Shown here: piece after piece, positions 38,710-53,659 of the stretch
Layout: every line of letters begins with the position of its first letter
Numbering within the stretch: the stretch's first letter is position 1
From: Octopus vulgaris
Taxonomy: Eukaryota
Direction: 5' to 3'
Assembly: GCA_951406725.2 (NCBI GenBank)
Contig: OX597817.1
Span: forward strand, 133,610,001-133,674,000
Length of the DNA: 64,000 nucleotides
Notes under the pieces: generated by a model
The model's input: only the letters and a program-made list of their open reading frames with translations
Database searches by the model: none
Told to the model about the DNA's origin: nothing
Made by a program: the position numbers and the translations under genes

Positions 38710-40532
38710 AATATAAGTGTTGGCTGGTTGGTTGGGTGGTTGATTGGATTTTTGATTTTTTTTTCAGTCATATATTGCTCTGTATGGAGAGAGGAAGTGA
38801 GATGTAATACAGACAGAGCTAACTTAGGAGGTGCAGGCTTGGTGGCAGGTAATGAGTAAAGGTATGCTATACATATGCATATACACACACACACAGTGAT
38901 AGAGAAAGAATCACAAAGGCAAGAGGAGAAGAGTGAGTAAATAACACTATTGTTATGGGTACAACTATACAAATAAGAAATTTGTTTTATTTCGTTTTAA
39001 GGTAATAAATATTTTCCCTTTGAAAATTATTTTTCTTCACTTTATTTTGTTCAAGCTTCAAGAAATTTGATCAGAATTAAATTATGATTATAATTATTGT
39101 ATGTAAGCCATATTTTCTTTATAACCCATGGTGATAAAAGCATACTTCCAAAGTTACCCATCTTATGATGGGTCCCAATTGAAATTTCCCTCTTAATTGG
39201 AGAAAGAAGACAAAACCCTGTAGTAATTACTAGGTTAAGCTCTGACTGACAAACTATTATACTAAAGACCAAAAAGGCAATAATTTGCCATTATAATGAC
39301 AAAAGATTTCCTCAAAGATAATTAAAAACATAAAATGTTTCTAACGATTGATTTATTATTAAAACCCATCTACTTTTGCAGAGCAAAAAATGCCATTTCA
39401 TTGAGTTGTTGAACTATGATATATATCTGACTCTGACTTCTATAATGTAATCACCACAGCTCTTATTTCAAAATTGTTTCATTTCCTTTTGAAAATCCAT
39501 TGAATTGTAAAAATATGAAACAACACAATGAGGGTGGAGGCTTTATATGGTTGCTCAAGCTGCTAGAAATAGCTGCCAAATATTCTCAAATTAATTTGTT
39601 TTTCTTATATAAATAAAAAAAGAATACATTATATAATGCAAGCCTCAATGTGCAAAAGAAAAAACAAATGGATTGGTTATAGCTGGGATGCCTTTGACCA
39701 GGGCTGACCCGAAGTTAAACAAGAATATTTCACTCTAAAATTCATGTAGAATTATATAAATCTGCATGTATATCCCACTCATGCTAGCACATACATTTAA
39801 AATAATTAAAAGACAAGTAAAGATCAATGTTTATATGTGGGTGGTGGTGGTGTGTGAGTACACACACTGAGTTATTTGTCTAGTTTATATGCATTTATCT
39901 GTTCCCTGAATGCACAATAAATCAGAATTTTGTGCTGTTCTGTTGACTCTACTACATAATGGGATATAGATGGTAGAGACTGTAACCTGAGGCAAATTAG
40001 TTGATATTTATCTATAATGTACCATAAGATTTTTGCTGTTTCATTTATATATCTATTCCTCTCCGACAATGCAATGTATTCTCTCAAATATCTTCACTTT
40101 CCTAGGACCTAGCAGATTATATTTAGCTATCAGATTCTGTTAGCACAGTAAAGCAACATACACTGACTGTCTAATACAAGTTGTAACTTGTCTCTAGCTG
40201 TCTGAATATTTCAGGCTGCTCTTTATTTCCACATAAAAAATTTACTGGGAGAAAAAAAAATAAGAAAGAATCTTTAGAAAGAGAAAGACTCTGTATGGAG
40301 AGAGGAAGTGAAATGCGATACAGAGTTAACTGCATTCTGAGTTCAAATCACATTGAGGTTGACTTCATTTTTTATGCTCTCAAGATCATTAAACAAGTAC
40401 CAATAATAGACTACTTCTGTCAACTTGTGTTGAAATAAGCATCTGTACCACATATCTTGTTAATTGCAGCACTTGTCTGATATTATTCATCCATTATGTC
40501 TTTCTAAGTCAATAATTCCTGAAACTGCAACT

Positions 40533-40568
<36 letters not shown>

Positions 40569-41799
40569 TTACATTATAGAAAAGGGCTTTTTGCATACTG
40601 AACACTTGGTGAAATTGATTAATAATTAATTAATTTTACCCTCAATTGTTGAAATTATATATATATATATATATAAAGTTTAGCTATTACTCTTGAATCT
40701 GACTGAGTAACTTGCACTATGCTTTTGCTAATTGTTTTTAGGTGCCATAGTAGTTTCTAACAGACGAAAACATCTTCTTGGCCCTCCCACTCTTTACTCA
40801 GTGAAACATCAAGGATGTGACAACTGAGGAGAGGGTTAGTACTCATTTTCAGTTAAGTAAACCAGAGCAACTTGAAACGATACACCTTGCTCAAGGTCAC
40901 CATGCATTGTCCAGTCCAGAAATCAAACCCATAGCCTTATGATTGTGAGCCTAACAGCCTCACCATTTGGCCTTGCACCATCACTCAATATGCTAAAGAC
41001 AATATACCTGATGCTAGTCCTCCTTTGAAATTCCTGTCCTTATGCTAATGTTAGAAATCAGTTTAGTTAGGGAATCGGATAATTACAAATTAAGGAAGCA
41101 CTTTTCGCTATCTAAAAAGAAATTAACTTCATCTATTGCAGCTCCTTTTTACTTCTTTTCCCAGTCCTTATTACTCTTCAAAGGAATAATCCCTGAAAGA
41201 CTTTTACCTCATTGTCACAATTTCTCTTTTCAGTCCACTGACTATCAATATGATTTTTTGCCTGCCATTTTTTTGGGTTTTTTTACACAATCCAAAATAA
41301 CAACATTACTTTGCATAGTGTTATTCTGTATCAGTAAAGTAGTTTATCTCATTAGAGCATTGGGCAAATGCTTTGTGATATTTAACTATGGCACTTTAGA
41401 TTCTGATTTCAAATTCCATGAAGGCCAAATTTGACTTTCATCTTTCTAGAGTTGATAAAATAAAGTACTAGTCAAGTCCTGGAATCAGTATGATTTATCC
41501 ATCTCCTGAAGTCAAAGCATTGCGTCTATGTCAGCAATCAATCATCATCATCATCATCCTTTAACGTTCGTTTTTCACGCTAGCATAAGTTGGATGGTTT
41601 GACCAGAGCTGCATCAGATTCCAGTCTGATTTAGCTTCATGTTCTTTCTAACATTGTATTCGACATGTTGAAAATGTGTATTTATGCTACATGGCAGCCA
41701 TATGTTACATGTCACTTAGGTGTACAACATGCAATATATATGTTACATGCCACATGTTTCAGGAAAATAGTTGCAATGGTTAAGTGGTTAAGCTGTTAG

Positions 41800-42700
41800 C
41801 ATCCTGGAGGAATGGTCTTGTGTTTCTATAACTCTAATATATTGAACAAAATACTAAATAGCTTTAGATTCCTCACCAGTCAAAACTGAGTTTAAGGAAT
41901 GGCACCAAACCAACAGCCTAATGTTGAAGAACCTCAATCTATAATATGAGATTTTTTTCCATTCCTCATAGCAACCAAAACTTAATAGCTACAAACTCTC
42001 CTGCAATTAAATCATGGTTGCTGACATGGCTTTCCCCTTAAAACATTGTTCCTCAGATTGCAGATTTTTTTACTCTGATCAACCAAGCAATTCATAACTT
42101 GAGAATTGTCAAGACGTCTTTCTGCATACCAATCCCATCTTTGTGAAAAAAGTTCCTTTACACATTTCCAGTCACTTCTAAAAGATGATGCATTGATTCT
42201 GATAAAATACCATTTGTATCAGTAAAACAGTTTGATCGTTCTTTAACAGAATTAGCACATATCAACTGTCTGGCCTCAAATTACATTTGCTATTTGTGTT
42301 CCAATGTTTCAGATTTCATTTATTAAATGGGTTAAATGTGAAATTAAGACGCTTTTAATTTTTCTTCAACATTTACTGCCCCTCTAACAAATGTTTAACA
42401 GTCAGTTCCTGTGTCTGAGTTTCATATTATTATAATGATATGTGTTCATATCAATAATTGCTTCAATAACAGACTAAGATTGTAACATCTGTGAGCTTTC
42501 ATGTGGAAGGTTTTAGATTGGCAATGTCTAATAGAGCAACACTAGCAATTATGATTGCAATACCTGTTGCTTACCTAGCATTAATTACACTGCTTGCGTC
42601 AACCACAATTTTCTTTAGTCACTGAGACATAACATTTGAAGTGAATGTATTAATCAAAGTCTATTGAGCGTTAGATTATATATAGGAATCAATCAATTCT
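41800..42700 (-). pseudogene. Helitron RepHel/PIF1-like relic
   Basis: TLINTFTSNVMSQ*LKKIVVDASS..ATGIA..VALLDIA..KTFH (42660-42500) resembles PIF1 motif Ia and its flank. VLTGEESKAI*YFVQYIR (~41885-41830) resembles a Helitron N-terminal segment. Confidence 0.4.
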
Positions 42701-42986
42701 GTAGAAAGATGTGGAATTAGAGTTGTATCTTTCTATGAAGTTGTTCTTCCTACAATGAAGAGATCATCACAACAGTTGTCATTGTAAACTTGGTGTTGTT
42801 TGTCTACTGTATCCCTAAGCATTACCCTGACCCACAAGATATAGGGTGCTTGTAAGTATTAGTCTTCAATGTTGATTATTAGCATATAGCATTCACAAGT
42901 GGAATAGAGAAAGAGAAATAACAATATTTTATTTGTGAAAACAACTTTGAAATATTGTGCCATCAACACTACAACCTAATTTATTA

Positions 42987-43820
42987 CATGGAAAAATGCG
43001 AGCAAGAGAAATAATATTCTTAAGAGTATAAACCTAGAAAATTACAGGACAAGTTATTAAGTCTGGTAAAGTACAGAACTAGAAAATTTTCATTTAAAAT
43101 ATTGCTGCTAAGGATAAAATTTTAAATAAAATATTTAGATTTAGAAAATATTAGCTTTAATTATCACTAAAAATTTTATTACAATTTATTACTTCTATTT
43201 GTTATTACTTGTTACTTCTATTAAAAATTTAAAAAATAACTCAAAATATTTTTTGCACTTTAAAAAATTAATATTTTTAATTGTTAATTAATAATTAGAA
43301 ATTTGAAAATAAAAGATAATAGTAGTACATAATTAGTACAATAAATAGAATAATTCAAAAATTAGTTCTATATGACAGTAAAATCTTCCTATAACAACAA
43401 ATTCACTGTAAAATTTGCTTGAGTTCTTGCTTAAGTTATTTCCAAGTCTTCACATTTTTAGTCTTGACCCAATGCCTATTTTTGACATAATGAATTTGCC
43501 TACCAAATATAATCTTCTACTTTGCATAAAACTTTAGCTATATTGGTACTTCTGGCTCTCATTCTTTAAGTATTCTGTTGTGTCAATATTTTAACAAAAT
43601 GATGGTACCTTTTTTAATTATGATGTTACTTTGTAAATTAAAATCAAATAATTTTTAATATTCAAATTTTATCCTTAGCTGTGATATTTTAAGTACTTGT
43701 TCTGTACTTTACCAGATGTAATAAGTTGTCCTGAATTTTTCCAAGTGTAACAACTTGTCCTATACTTCTCCAGGTTTATAATCTTAAGAATATTATATCT
43801 CTTGCTTGCATTTTTCCATG
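42987..43820. mobile_element. Long-TIR non-autonomous DNA transposon (CMC/EnSpm-like or TA-targeting MITE)
   Basis: Inverted repeats of about 150 bp (catggaaaaatgcgagcaagag..taatattcttaag..aggacaagtt..ctggtaaagtacagaac..ctaaggataaaattt, mirrored at 43660-43820), flanked by TA. Very AT-rich interior. Confidence 0.8.
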
Positions 43821-45982
43821 TAATCCATGTTTTTTCCAGGCTATGCTATTATGCTAATTAATAATGTGTCAAATGTGTCAATTAGCTGTGTCATAGATAT
43901 TTTTTTCCTTACCTCAATGACGCCAGTGACAGATATTAAAAGTCCCCTTATAGAACTATATTCATAAAAAAGTATAGAACTATATTATTACCCTCAGATT
44001 TGAGAAACAAACATAACTTTTCTTCTTTTAAAACTTCATTGCATGAAATTGGTACCATGAAATTCCTTGAATTGAACTCTATCATTTAAGCTTATGTTCT
44101 TAACATAAAGGAAGTTAATTATACTTAAATCCAATTTTTTGGCTTATAATTTTTTCATGATATTTTACCTCACAACTTTTTTGATAGAAATTTTTGTTGC
44201 ATGGGAACAAAATTATGAAATTCTTCATGCTTTCTTCTATCATTGATGATAAGATAGATATATTTTACTTTCGAAATAAAAAAGTTATTTAGATTTAAAC
44301 TTGATTGATGGCGTTACTACAAATTTTGATGTAAACTTTTTTCTCCTGGATCAGATCTCAATTTTTTATGCCCAAATGTAGCTAGGGACCAGTCCTCTTC
44401 AAAAATGTTAACGGTTTTCATTTTGGTTCAGAACTGAATTAGCAACATGCTCTGAAAAGTGCTGCATGTGAGTAAATTACAACCTTAAGAATATTATTCA
44501 ACTGCTACCTTAGTTGAATGATTCTACATAACAATCATAAAAAGAAAATGATAGAGTGTTCAGATTGAAATGTGGTGATAAAATGATAGAGAACATTTTA
44601 TAGATAATAATTATGGATGCAGGCATGAGTGTATGGTGATGTAATTTGCTTCATAACTCCAAAGTCTATGAACCCCAACATGCAGCACCTTGGGTAAGTC
44701 TTTTACCTTAGCATCAGGTTGACTAAAATTCTTCTGAATAAAATTTGGTTGATGGAAACTGTAAAATCACATTAAATATTTTTCTCATTTTTGGATGATA
44801 GATTGCCTGGTTTGGTACCACCAGCATGGCCCTCAGGTGACTGTTGCTAGTATTTAGGCCAGGTCCCAAATCTTATGATAACTTCTTCCCACAGTTTCAA
44901 AGCTTCTCAGACTAATTCATAAAAAGCAACAATGGTAAAGGGAAATTGACAGACATATCATGTTTCATAATGTTGTGTGGTGAAAGGCTTAAGCTTCTGA
45001 CTTTTATATTAGAATTATGTTGACTATATCTGTCTGTGTGTTTTCACTTTTAATAATTACAGTTAAATTAAAGAAAAACCATTATTCCTACTTGAAGACT
45101 TAGTAGTTGGTGTTATGTTGGATGTTTATACACTCAAACTTATCCTTAGAAAATTAATAATTATATTTATCTTTGTTGATATAGTTTTTAAATGTTTGTG
45201 TTTTTATATACATGGGTATAACATGTCTGTGTGGTTCATTCCATAACCGTAACCCTAAATTTGATCCCACTGCACAGAACTTAGAACAAGTATGAACTAC
45301 CATAATCTTAGGTGTTGGCCATTGTTTTCTCAGTAGATTAGGTGGACAGAAACTATATGGAAAGTCATTACATGATGTGTGTGCCTGGCTTTTGGTGATG
45401 TAGGATAGCAAAAATCAGATAAACGTTTTTCATTAAAGATCCTTGTATGATATTTGCTCCCAAGCAAGTTGTCCAGGCAATTAATTCCTTGTCATTTTCA
45501 TCAGTGGAAATACAATTAACCAGTTATTAACCAGTTGGAATTCTATTGACAACATTGTTGTTTACAAAACCAGTTATAAAATAAAATATATTTAAACATA
45601 TCTGCAATTAAGTTGAGACATGTCAGCCTTGTGAAAGCATGGAGCAAAAAATAATGTGCAATATAGTTTATATAAAAATTACTGGAAAATTAACAAAAAA
45701 TAAAATGCTATCAAATAAAACAAAATGATATGATGTTTTTAGTTTCTGAGTTTAAATGTCAGCTAAGTTAACCTCAAATACTAATGTTATACAATGGCCA
45801 ATATCCGAAAACACTGTCTTATAAAACCCAGTATCTAATTCTTTCATTGGAACCTATATGACAACACAATTTCTAAAGACAAACTGATGATAAATAGTCA
45901 ACAGTGATCTGTAGATTGGTAGTTGTTACTATATGTCTCCATTGTAGTGGAGCTATATAAAGATAACAATAATTACATGGAC

Positions 45983-46398
45983 GATGGTGCTTTTTACATG
46001 CCACTGGCACGGGGAGCCAGTCAGGTGGCACTGGCAATGACCTACACATGTATGGTGCTTATTGTGTGCCACCAGCACAAGAGCCAGTCAGGTGGCACTG
46101 GCATTGGCCACAACTACAATTTCCATTTGATTGTGATTTTTATTTTGACTCAATAGGTCTCCTCAAGCGTGGAATGTCACCTAACGATTCAAAGGTACTT
46201 TATAAATGGGCTGATTATGTGACACTAGTGTAGGCTACGGCTGTGATCTCTCATTTTACTTTCCAGGTCTTCTCAATCACAGTATATCTCCAGAGGTCTC
46301 GGTCTTTCGTCATTGCTTCTGTGAGACCCAATGTTTGAAGGCCATACTTCACCACCTCATCCCATGTCTTCCTGGGTCTCCCTCTACTACGGGTTCCT
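45983..46398 (-). mobile_element. RTE LINE C-terminus and partial 3' UTR
   Basis: TRSRGRPRKTWDEVVKYGLQTLGLTEAMTKDRDLWRYTVIEKT, then the repeated UTR modules. Confidence 0.85.
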
Positions 46399-46794
46399 GA
46401 ATTTAATTTGTGAATGGAATGGATTGAACCATGTGCTTGCAGAGTACTAAAAGCACAAGTTCAACTAGGTCAGACATGTTGCAAGGTTCACAGACAGCAA
46501 GTGGATCCATACAGTTGTTGAGTTGCATCCAAGATGATAGAAAGATATAGTCAAACAATTTGGGCCAAAATGGAAGAGAAGGGTGCAACCACGAGAAGAA
46601 TGGAAGCATATTGTAAACATCTGATAGCCTGGTTGAAAAAAATATACCTCCAGGTAAGCAGTGGTCTTGTGGTCTTATGATCAAAGGTGTTTCCAACCAT
46701 AACTATCCTGTCTTTTTTTATATCCAGGACTACATTATCCAGTATGAGCTTCCTTTTACTGAGATGTTATTTCTAGCATGCTACATAAGCATGA

Positions 46795-46795
<1 letters not shown>

Positions 46796-46851
<56 letters not shown>

Positions 46852-46985
46852 GGTCACCCCTCAGGATGCCCCAAGACTGTTTCCACACATTCTCCTCATT
46901 CATCTTGTTCTTCCATAATGGTCCTCAGCTCCTGTACCCCTTCCATGTCAGTATCCTCCAGCAAGTTGTCAATATATTTATAAGC
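46796..46985 (-). mobile_element. RTE-X-like LINE 3' end with (TAGA)n tail
   Basis: KYIDNLLEDTDMEGVQELRTIMEEQDE* followed by (TAGA)n at 46796-46850. Confidence 0.6.
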
Positions 46986-47689
46986 ATGAAGAAACTTCCA
47001 AATTGGCTCCTCAAATTGGAAAGTAGCTGCCAGATTAATGCAAATAAACTACACATGGGAATACTCTCACTGTCTCATCATACCATTCCATATGGGAGTA
47101 ATTATGGCTTGTCTACAGAAATCCATGTCATAGATACCAACAATTTCCAATTTCTGTTGGAGCCTTTTAAAAGTAATGCATTGTTAGCTGAGAACATCAT
47201 CATTACTTTGACATGATGATAAACGATGATAATGTTTTTGTCAATATAGGTTTACCATAATAATACTGAACATTTCATATAATGGTACATGGGTAGACAT
47301 TTGTAAGTAAGAAGTAATAGCTTGCGCAATCAGCTCTAGTCTCATCATCATCATCATCATCATCTGCCTGCACGAAAATTTAACCCAGTAAGATTTTGAC
47401 CTGGAATTTAGGAAAGAGAAATTAAATTTATGCTAAATGTTGGTCCTCTTAAAGACAAACCACACTGACATTCCCAGTTAGGAAAGAGACGTGTGATGGG
47501 TCCACAAACTACAATGACATTTCCAGTTAAGGAAGGGGCCCTGTAAAGATGAAGGATGTTGCTTCCCTTACTGCATCTTATTAAAATTTTCTCTCTTCAT
47601 CAGTTTTAGGTTGTTGCTGTTGTTTAGCACTAAGGCCTAATCAGATCCAGTAGACCTATGATCAAACTTATTCCGCCTGTGCCAATCCG

Positions 47690-47992
47690 ATCGTTTTAGG
47701 AATCGTGGCAGATACCAGCGCTGCCTGACTGGCATCCATGTTGGTGACACATAAAAGAACTAACCAATCGTGGCCGTTTGCCAGCTCCTCTGGCCTCTGT
47801 GCCAGTGGCACGTAAAAAGCACCCACTACACTCATGGAGTGGTTGGCGTTAGGAAGGGCATCCAGCTGTGGAAACACTGCCAGATCAGACTGGAGCCTGG
47901 TGCAGCCTCCTGGCTTCCCAGAACCCGGTCAAACCATCCAACCCATGCTATCATGGAAAACGGACGTTAAACGATGATGATGATGATGATGA
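47690..47992 (+). mobile_element. RTE 3'-UTR/tail fragment
   Basis: Same tail as 23020 and 28545, ending acggacgttaaacgatgatgatgat. More decayed copies near 41545 (-), 56395 (+), 59540 (-) and 62010 (-). Confidence 0.85.
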
Positions 47993-49502
47993 CATGATTG
48001 TATGCAGAACGACATTCTTAGATGTTGAACTACATTCTTAATATACAGAAGTACATTCTTAGCATTTTGTAATTTAGATCACTTTAAAATAAACAGTTTG
48101 TCATAGAACCAGGGGTGTATTCAAATAGGTTCGTATCAACAATTTTTAACATTAAGAATGAGCGTAGAAATCAGTACTAAATGTCATACAGCACTTCATC
48201 TTTATAAGTCAACAAATGTCTGGTCTGTGATAGGGCTCAATAATACCACACTGGTCCCCACCGTCTTGTACAAATTTATTGTAGTTAAATTCAGTAGACA
48301 TCCTCAACTCATAGTAATTACCTATAATTATAAATTGTGTACCTCTATTGCAGTCTTGGATTGGCCAATAACTTGTGAGTAAAATTGTTGTATGGAAACT
48401 GTGAGAAAGCTTGTCATGTGTGGATTCCATATTTTCATTACTGCTGAGCGAAAATGGTAACATTGTTAACATTTTCATGTAAACTGAATTTTTGTAGTTT
48501 CAGTTGCTTCATCAGTTTCAACATGGGAGAATCAGTGAAGTATAAATACTTCACTTGAAAAACAAGCTTCAGTTGGTGACAGGAAGAGCATCTGTCTATA
48601 GGAAATCAGACACAAATTTCATCTAACCAATACCAGCATAAAAATGGATGTAAAAATGATGGTGGTGGTGTGTAAGTGTAGTTAAGAAGTTTGCTTTGCT
48701 GCCACTTGGTTCCCGGTTTACTTCCATTATACAGTAATTTGGACAAGTGTTTTCAAAGTCTAAGTTCTCTAATACTTTATGAATGAAATTCACTTGATGG
48801 AAACTGTTCAGAAACCCATCGTGAATATGCTGTGTGTTTGTGTGTAAGCCAAACAGTTGCAATCGAGCAATATTGCTTTGTAAACTATTAAAGCAGAACT
48901 GTTGAGTTTTATGTAACAAGAACCAAAGGGTAAGGAAGGCAACAATGCTTAATTTCTTTTAAAATCCACAATTTCTCCTTTCAAAGAGTTATGTGTTCTT
49001 CCTGCCTGAATGGCCTGTCCACTTGATTAATTCTTTAGTTATCATAAGCAACAAAACCAATCATTGTAACTGGTTCCCTGAGGCAAATCTGTCTATAAAA
49101 TAAGCTGCTGTATTCTCATTGGAAAGGAAAAATGCCTAATGAACTTATTCATCTGTAATGGAAATACTTTTCAAAGCTTATTGTTTCAGCAATAATAATG
49201 ATACTACTACTACTAATAATAATAACTTTTCTTATATAGATATGAGGCCTGAAAGTTTGAGGGAGAGGCATAATTGATTATATCAACCTCAGTGCTTGAC
49301 TGGTATTTTCTTTTGTAAACCATAGAAAGATGACAAGCATTGCTGACACCAGCAGGATTTGAACTTAAAGCATTAAGAACCAAAATATAACAGCATTAAT
49401 AATTATAGTTTCTTTCTCTTTTGTGTGTGTGTGTGCACACATGCTAGTGATTAGACTTTTTTCTATATATATTTATATATATATTGTGAATATAGACTTT
49501 TA

Positions 49503-50956
49503 GGGTGTTGCCTCAGATTACTCTATGTGGTTGCTTCCTCCCTCTTGTCCCATTCTTGTTATTTTGTACTCCTATGCATTATTTTATAGTTATTGTTATT
49601 TGTTAATGAATTATTTAGGCTCATTTAGAGTTATGAGTGTCTCATATCCATGACAGATATCCATGACTCTGCTGAGTACAGTTAAAGATTTGCCAAAGGT
49701 TAGTTCTTGTCATTGAAATCATAGTCAGAAATGCACAAGCATGTTTGATCCCTGGCAGATGAATCCACAATGACCTTCACCTCACTGTACATCATTAGCA
49801 TTCTCCGTTCAAGAAGGCAGCTTCTATTGCTGAACTAAGGGCACTGTTAATGTGTTTGGATTCTGGTTTGGATCAGACCTCCAAGTGAAAGAAAAACTAG
49901 ACTAGTTTAGAATCAGAGTGACCAGCCCTACTCAGAAATAGGGTGAAATAAATCTGTGCTTGAAAGTTTTGGGTAGAATTGGTCAATGCCTACATTGCTA
50001 TGGTGATGTACTGCCTCCTGGCTGTTGTACCTTGTCTTAAGAGATATCTGGCTAGTTTGGAATATATACTATTTTAACTTCTTGTGGAAGGTTTATTTAT
50101 TGCCAGTGTCCACTCCTGTGTGCTTTAAGATGCTATAGCCAATGTGCATGCTTGTGATTAGCTTGGCACTTTTGCAGGGGTGATAGCGAACAAGTGTAGT
50201 CCCTGTTTGTGTAACATGTGTTTCTGCAGTTTGTCTTTTTGTTCAAGTTGCAGTTTTCAGTCAAGCACTGACCAAAATTTGGTATTTGGCATCTGGAATA
50301 TTAGTAGCACTCACTGCATTCTACTAGCTTGACAATGCAGCCAGTGAACTGTCAATACTCACCCTATATAAGAGTGTCTGTAGATGGTATGAATAATAAT
50401 GACCAAGTGTGATTCTGGACATCAAGAAGGAGAATGGAAATAGTTTCTTCTGGAGAACTGTTTCTGCATTGGTGATTTGTGGGTTTATGAGAAACAGTTA
50501 TTACATGTAGGATTGATCTGGCTATCAACAGAGACTGTTGTAAAAATCAACTTACTACCTTTGGTGAGGAAATGAAAGTATATGTTAATGGTGCAGAAAG
50601 TTTTCTAGTGGAGGCCACTGAAAGGCTCAAGGGCAGAGCTTTTCCCTTTTATTAAGCTTTGTAAGCATCACTTGAGAAGAAGTCAAAAAATAAAGATGGG
50701 GTTACTTCATTCCAGTAAATTTTATGAAAGGTGGGCAGATGTGGCTAAATGCACTGACACTAACTCTGTGACTGTAATTTAACTCTAAAAACTCAAAGAA
50801 GGAATTTATCTTTGATATATCAGGGTAATTCAGGATTGTTCTTGGGTGTTGCCTCAGGTTACTCTATGTGGTTGCTTCTTCCTTCATGTTCCATTCTTGT
50901 TATTTTGTAGCTCTATGCATTATTTTACAATTATTGTTATTTGTTAATGAATTATT
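49503..50956 (-). mobile_element. Penelope-like element relic with direct repeats of about 113 bp
   Basis: Direct repeats at 49503-49615 and 50844-50956. Interior peptides NFGQCLTEN, HIGY, YSKLARYL, FTWR and CLLERRML occur in the order expected for a PLE GIY-YIG domain. Confidence 0.5.
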
Positions 50957-51702
50957 AATGAATGTTTTGTTAATCTTGCCCTTTTACTCAACAATATAAC
51001 CCACTCACCTAACATTTCTTGTTTATTTCACCTTTGTACTGTCCCCAACTTTTTGACCAATAAAAGAAGTCATTATCTTTATGATCACTGTTAACATTAT
51101 CTTCTCATTCATCATTAAATTCATCATTATTTTCATCATCATAATCTTCAACAGTTATATCAATATCTTCATACACGATGTTATTTGTTACATATTTTTA
51201 TGAAGTAAAGAAAAAGATGGGTTTTTTTTTCCACAAAATGTGTTTGATCATAAACAACATGGTTGTGAAACTAAATTTTGAAACTCAAAGACAACTAAAT
51301 GAAAGATAAAATCAAAGATAAAAGCAAAGAAGCCCACACGAAGAAAAACAAAAATAACGTTCCTCCTTCCACTACCCTCACCTGTTTCAACCTTTTGTTT
51401 CCTGTACCATCTTGTATCTCCTCTCCAACCCTGCCACTGTCCCACACATTGCACTTCATTTCCCATCCCCAGAAATTGTCTCACCAACCTGAGACACACA
51501 CCAATAATATCATGTGTGAACAGATTAATGAGATATGTTGTGATAATATCACAATATACAAACTTGATAAGTCGCCATCTGTCTGTCTGTCTTTGGAACC
51601 TCCACTCATAACTTCTATATTCCTTTCTTTATATATAAGTATATCTCATTGTGTCTATGTGTGTATGTATACGTATATGTGTGTGTGTGTATAAATCTTT
51701 GC

Positions 51703-52382
<680 letters not shown>

Positions 52383-53659
52383 TACATAGACGCACACATA
52401 TTTGTTGTATACTTATCACTTATATCTCTCTCTCTCTCTCAGGTTAGAGTTTATATTTCCCTATTCTCTCACACATCCTCCAACTATGACCCTTTTTTCT
52501 CTCTTTCTCAACTCTCTATTTTCAATCATCTTTTGTCCCTTCACTCTTCATATTTCCCTCTTCCTTTCTCTTCTTTCTTCTCTCCTCTCTCTTTTTATAT
52601 TTTCTCCTAGAAATAGTCATCAAATAGTCATCAAATGCCTTCAAATCACACCCTAATTTCTTGTAAAAGGAAAGGGACTCCTGGAACATTGTTCAAGATA
52701 TAAAGAAATCTGCTGACTGGGTTTAAACAATGACAACAACATCATCAGATTTTGAACAAACTATTATTTAGTAATAATATCTACCACAATGTTTTCAAGT
52801 ATGAAAAATAAAAATGTCCTTGCCCTCTAAAAACTAAAACTTTATTAAAACCACTGTCTATTGGTGAAAGTTCCATTACCATATTAGGACTCTTTAATCA
52901 CAACCTACTAAAATTCTATCAACAAAGTTTTGTAACTTGGTGGAACTGTTTGATTTCAGCACTTTGTCAGATGAAAGAAAGTGATACGAAATAAATAAGT
53001 AAATAAATGGATAAAAACCATTATTATTTGGACATTGTACAAAAATGATAGTGAAGATTAAGCCACAGGCTTGAAATGATAAGACAGAGTCATTGAAAGA
53101 GATAAAAATGTTGAAGAAACCTGCCAGTAGTCTGAGGCAGTTTCTCTGGAATAAACATACAATTTAGTGTTAGAAATTACATTTCAGTTTTATATGAAGA
53201 TAAGAACATGTTAAAATAACTAAATAGCTTCTTCTTATTATATTAACTTCTCATAAGAATGATATAGTTGTAATGATACTAATGTTATTCTAATAAATCT
53301 GAGGGGAAGGGGCCGCATATATGTTCTTTTGAGCTTCTTTCAAGCTGGTGAGGTGGTTAATGTGTCAACATTGAGTTGATACATCTGTATGTCAATGGAA
53401 GTTGAACTCTAGGGATTTGTAGTTCTGGTGAGAAGGTACTAGACAAAGTGTTTGATGTGGACCTTGATGGTGAGATGTTGTAAGATTGACAAGAAGATTC
53501 TAAAGAAGAATCGCAGTTTTCATGACATAGTTTAGGCAATGTTGTATGTGCTGGGTCATTGTAAAAGACCATCAGAAATTGTGACGTTTAGCATTTGTAG
53601 TGACATAACAACAGAAACCCTTGTGAGCCTTGAACATTTCAGTGGCATGATCTTTCTGC

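Noticed and set aside
43100-43660. Very AT-rich block resembling a mitochondrial insertion
   Set aside because: No mitochondrial gene or rRNA motifs recognised. It is the interior of the long-TIR element.
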